Positions 31,271 to 32,018 of a stretch of 32,018 nt of DNA are shown piece after piece; position 1 is the first letter of the stretch, and each line of letters begins with the position of its first letter. The position numbers were made by a program, and so were the translations under genes. This DNA is from a virus (lineage: Duplodnaviria; Caudoviricetes), in IMG/VR virus record IMGVR_UViG_3300025372_000008, positions 1 to 32,018 of that record. One strand, written 5' to 3'. Under the pieces are notes generated by a model that searched no databases, was not told the DNA's origin, and was given only the letters and a program-made list of their open reading frames with translations.

Positions 31271-32018
31271 TTATGCGATTTTGGTTCCGTTCCAATAAAG
31301 GCCCCCATCCTCGCCTTCATAAAGATTTCCAGTGGTGAAATTGATATTATTTGTTTGCAAAGATGCAATCGTAGAAGTTCCCCCAATCGAATAAATCGAG
31401 CCATCTGGATTTAATTCCCCTAAAAGTCCCCCCCATGATAAAGTTGTTGGGGTTATTAGAAGACCCCCAGGTTGTGGCCCCACCCAAAATCCATTGGGGA
31501 AAGCAACATCTCCCGAGCTATCTATTGTTATAGATCCATTTCCCAAACTGGCAGATCCGTCGGAATTTAATGTTACATTTCCAGTTGTTCCAATACTTAA
31601 TTGAGCAGAAGATCCAGTATCATAAGCAGCCCAATTTTCAGATAATATACAAATTGGATTATATCCAGTAGGTCCGAGAAGTTGTGTGCCTTCTGAATAA
31701 CTACCATTGGAAGAAATAAGCAATGAATTGGCAACGATAAGATTTCCTGATGCATCAATCGTGCAATTTCCGTTGGCAAAACTGGCTGAACCATCAGCGT
31801 GCAGAGCAAGATCAGACCCGACAGATAACCCATTGGCAAAATTAGGATCAGAAGATGGGTCAAAGCTGCTTCCTGTAAGATTGGGGGCAGTGATGTTACC
31901 GCTAGTATCGATGGTGCATGCTCCGTTGGCGAATGAAGCTGACCCATCTGCTTCCAAAAACCCCTGACCAGCATATCCAAAATTTAGGCTGCCCAATATT
32001 GCGTCAGTATAACGCTCA
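31271..32018 (-). CDS. Tail fibre / receptor-binding protein, 3' part
   Basis: In frame with 1664..1 through the terminal overlap; more DGSAS repeats; C-terminus GGLYWNGTKIA. Confidence 0.85.
   Translation of the reverse strand, partial: ERYTDAILGSLNFGYAGQGFLEADGSASFANGACTIDTSGNITAPNLTGSSFDPSSDPNFANGLSVGSDLALHADGSASFANGNCTIDASGNLIVANSLLISSNGSYSEGTQLLGPTGYNPICILSENWAAYDTGSSAQLSIGTTGNVTLNSDGSASLGNGSITIDSSGDVAFPNGFWVGPQPGGLLITPTTLSWGGLLGELNPDGSIYSIGGTSTIASLQTNNINFTTGNLYEGEDGGLYWNGTKIA

Overview
This window is an apparently complete, circular genome of a small temperate tailed phage. Bases 1-99 are identical to 31920-32018, giving a unit length of about 31,919 bp. Most genes are on the minus strand. 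The packaging and head block has terS, a lambda-gpA-type terL, a gpW-like adaptor, a lambda-type portal, protease/scaffold and major capsid. The tail block has head-closure and terminator proteins, two paralogous small tail-tube-like proteins, a G/GT chaperone with a -1 frameshift, tape measure, minor tail proteins, a GT2-like glycosyltransferase, and a repeat-rich 770-aa fibre gene that crosses the contig junction. The lysis block (lipoprotein/spanin-like, holin, GH108 endolysin) is followed by a candidate ncRNA and a nucleotide-enzyme cassette. A tyrosine integrase sits next to an intact attP that carries the 5' end of a tRNA-Gln-like sequence. Control appears to rest on two divergent ribbon-helix-helix genes rather than CI/Cro. 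Replication genes are a primase and an apparently split helicase, followed by an iteron cluster. The most striking features are: (1) a TTGACA/T hexamer placed 13-15 nt before the start codon of nine late ORFs, too close to be a normal -35 box; (2) a leftward early gene chain that runs antisense through int and across attP, so integration would sever it; (3) a hairpin element present twice with perfect covariation, plus dispersed 7-nt tandem repeats. A Gram-negative, possibly Verrucomicrobiota-like host is only a weak inference. All product calls come from motif recognition and synteny, not database searches.
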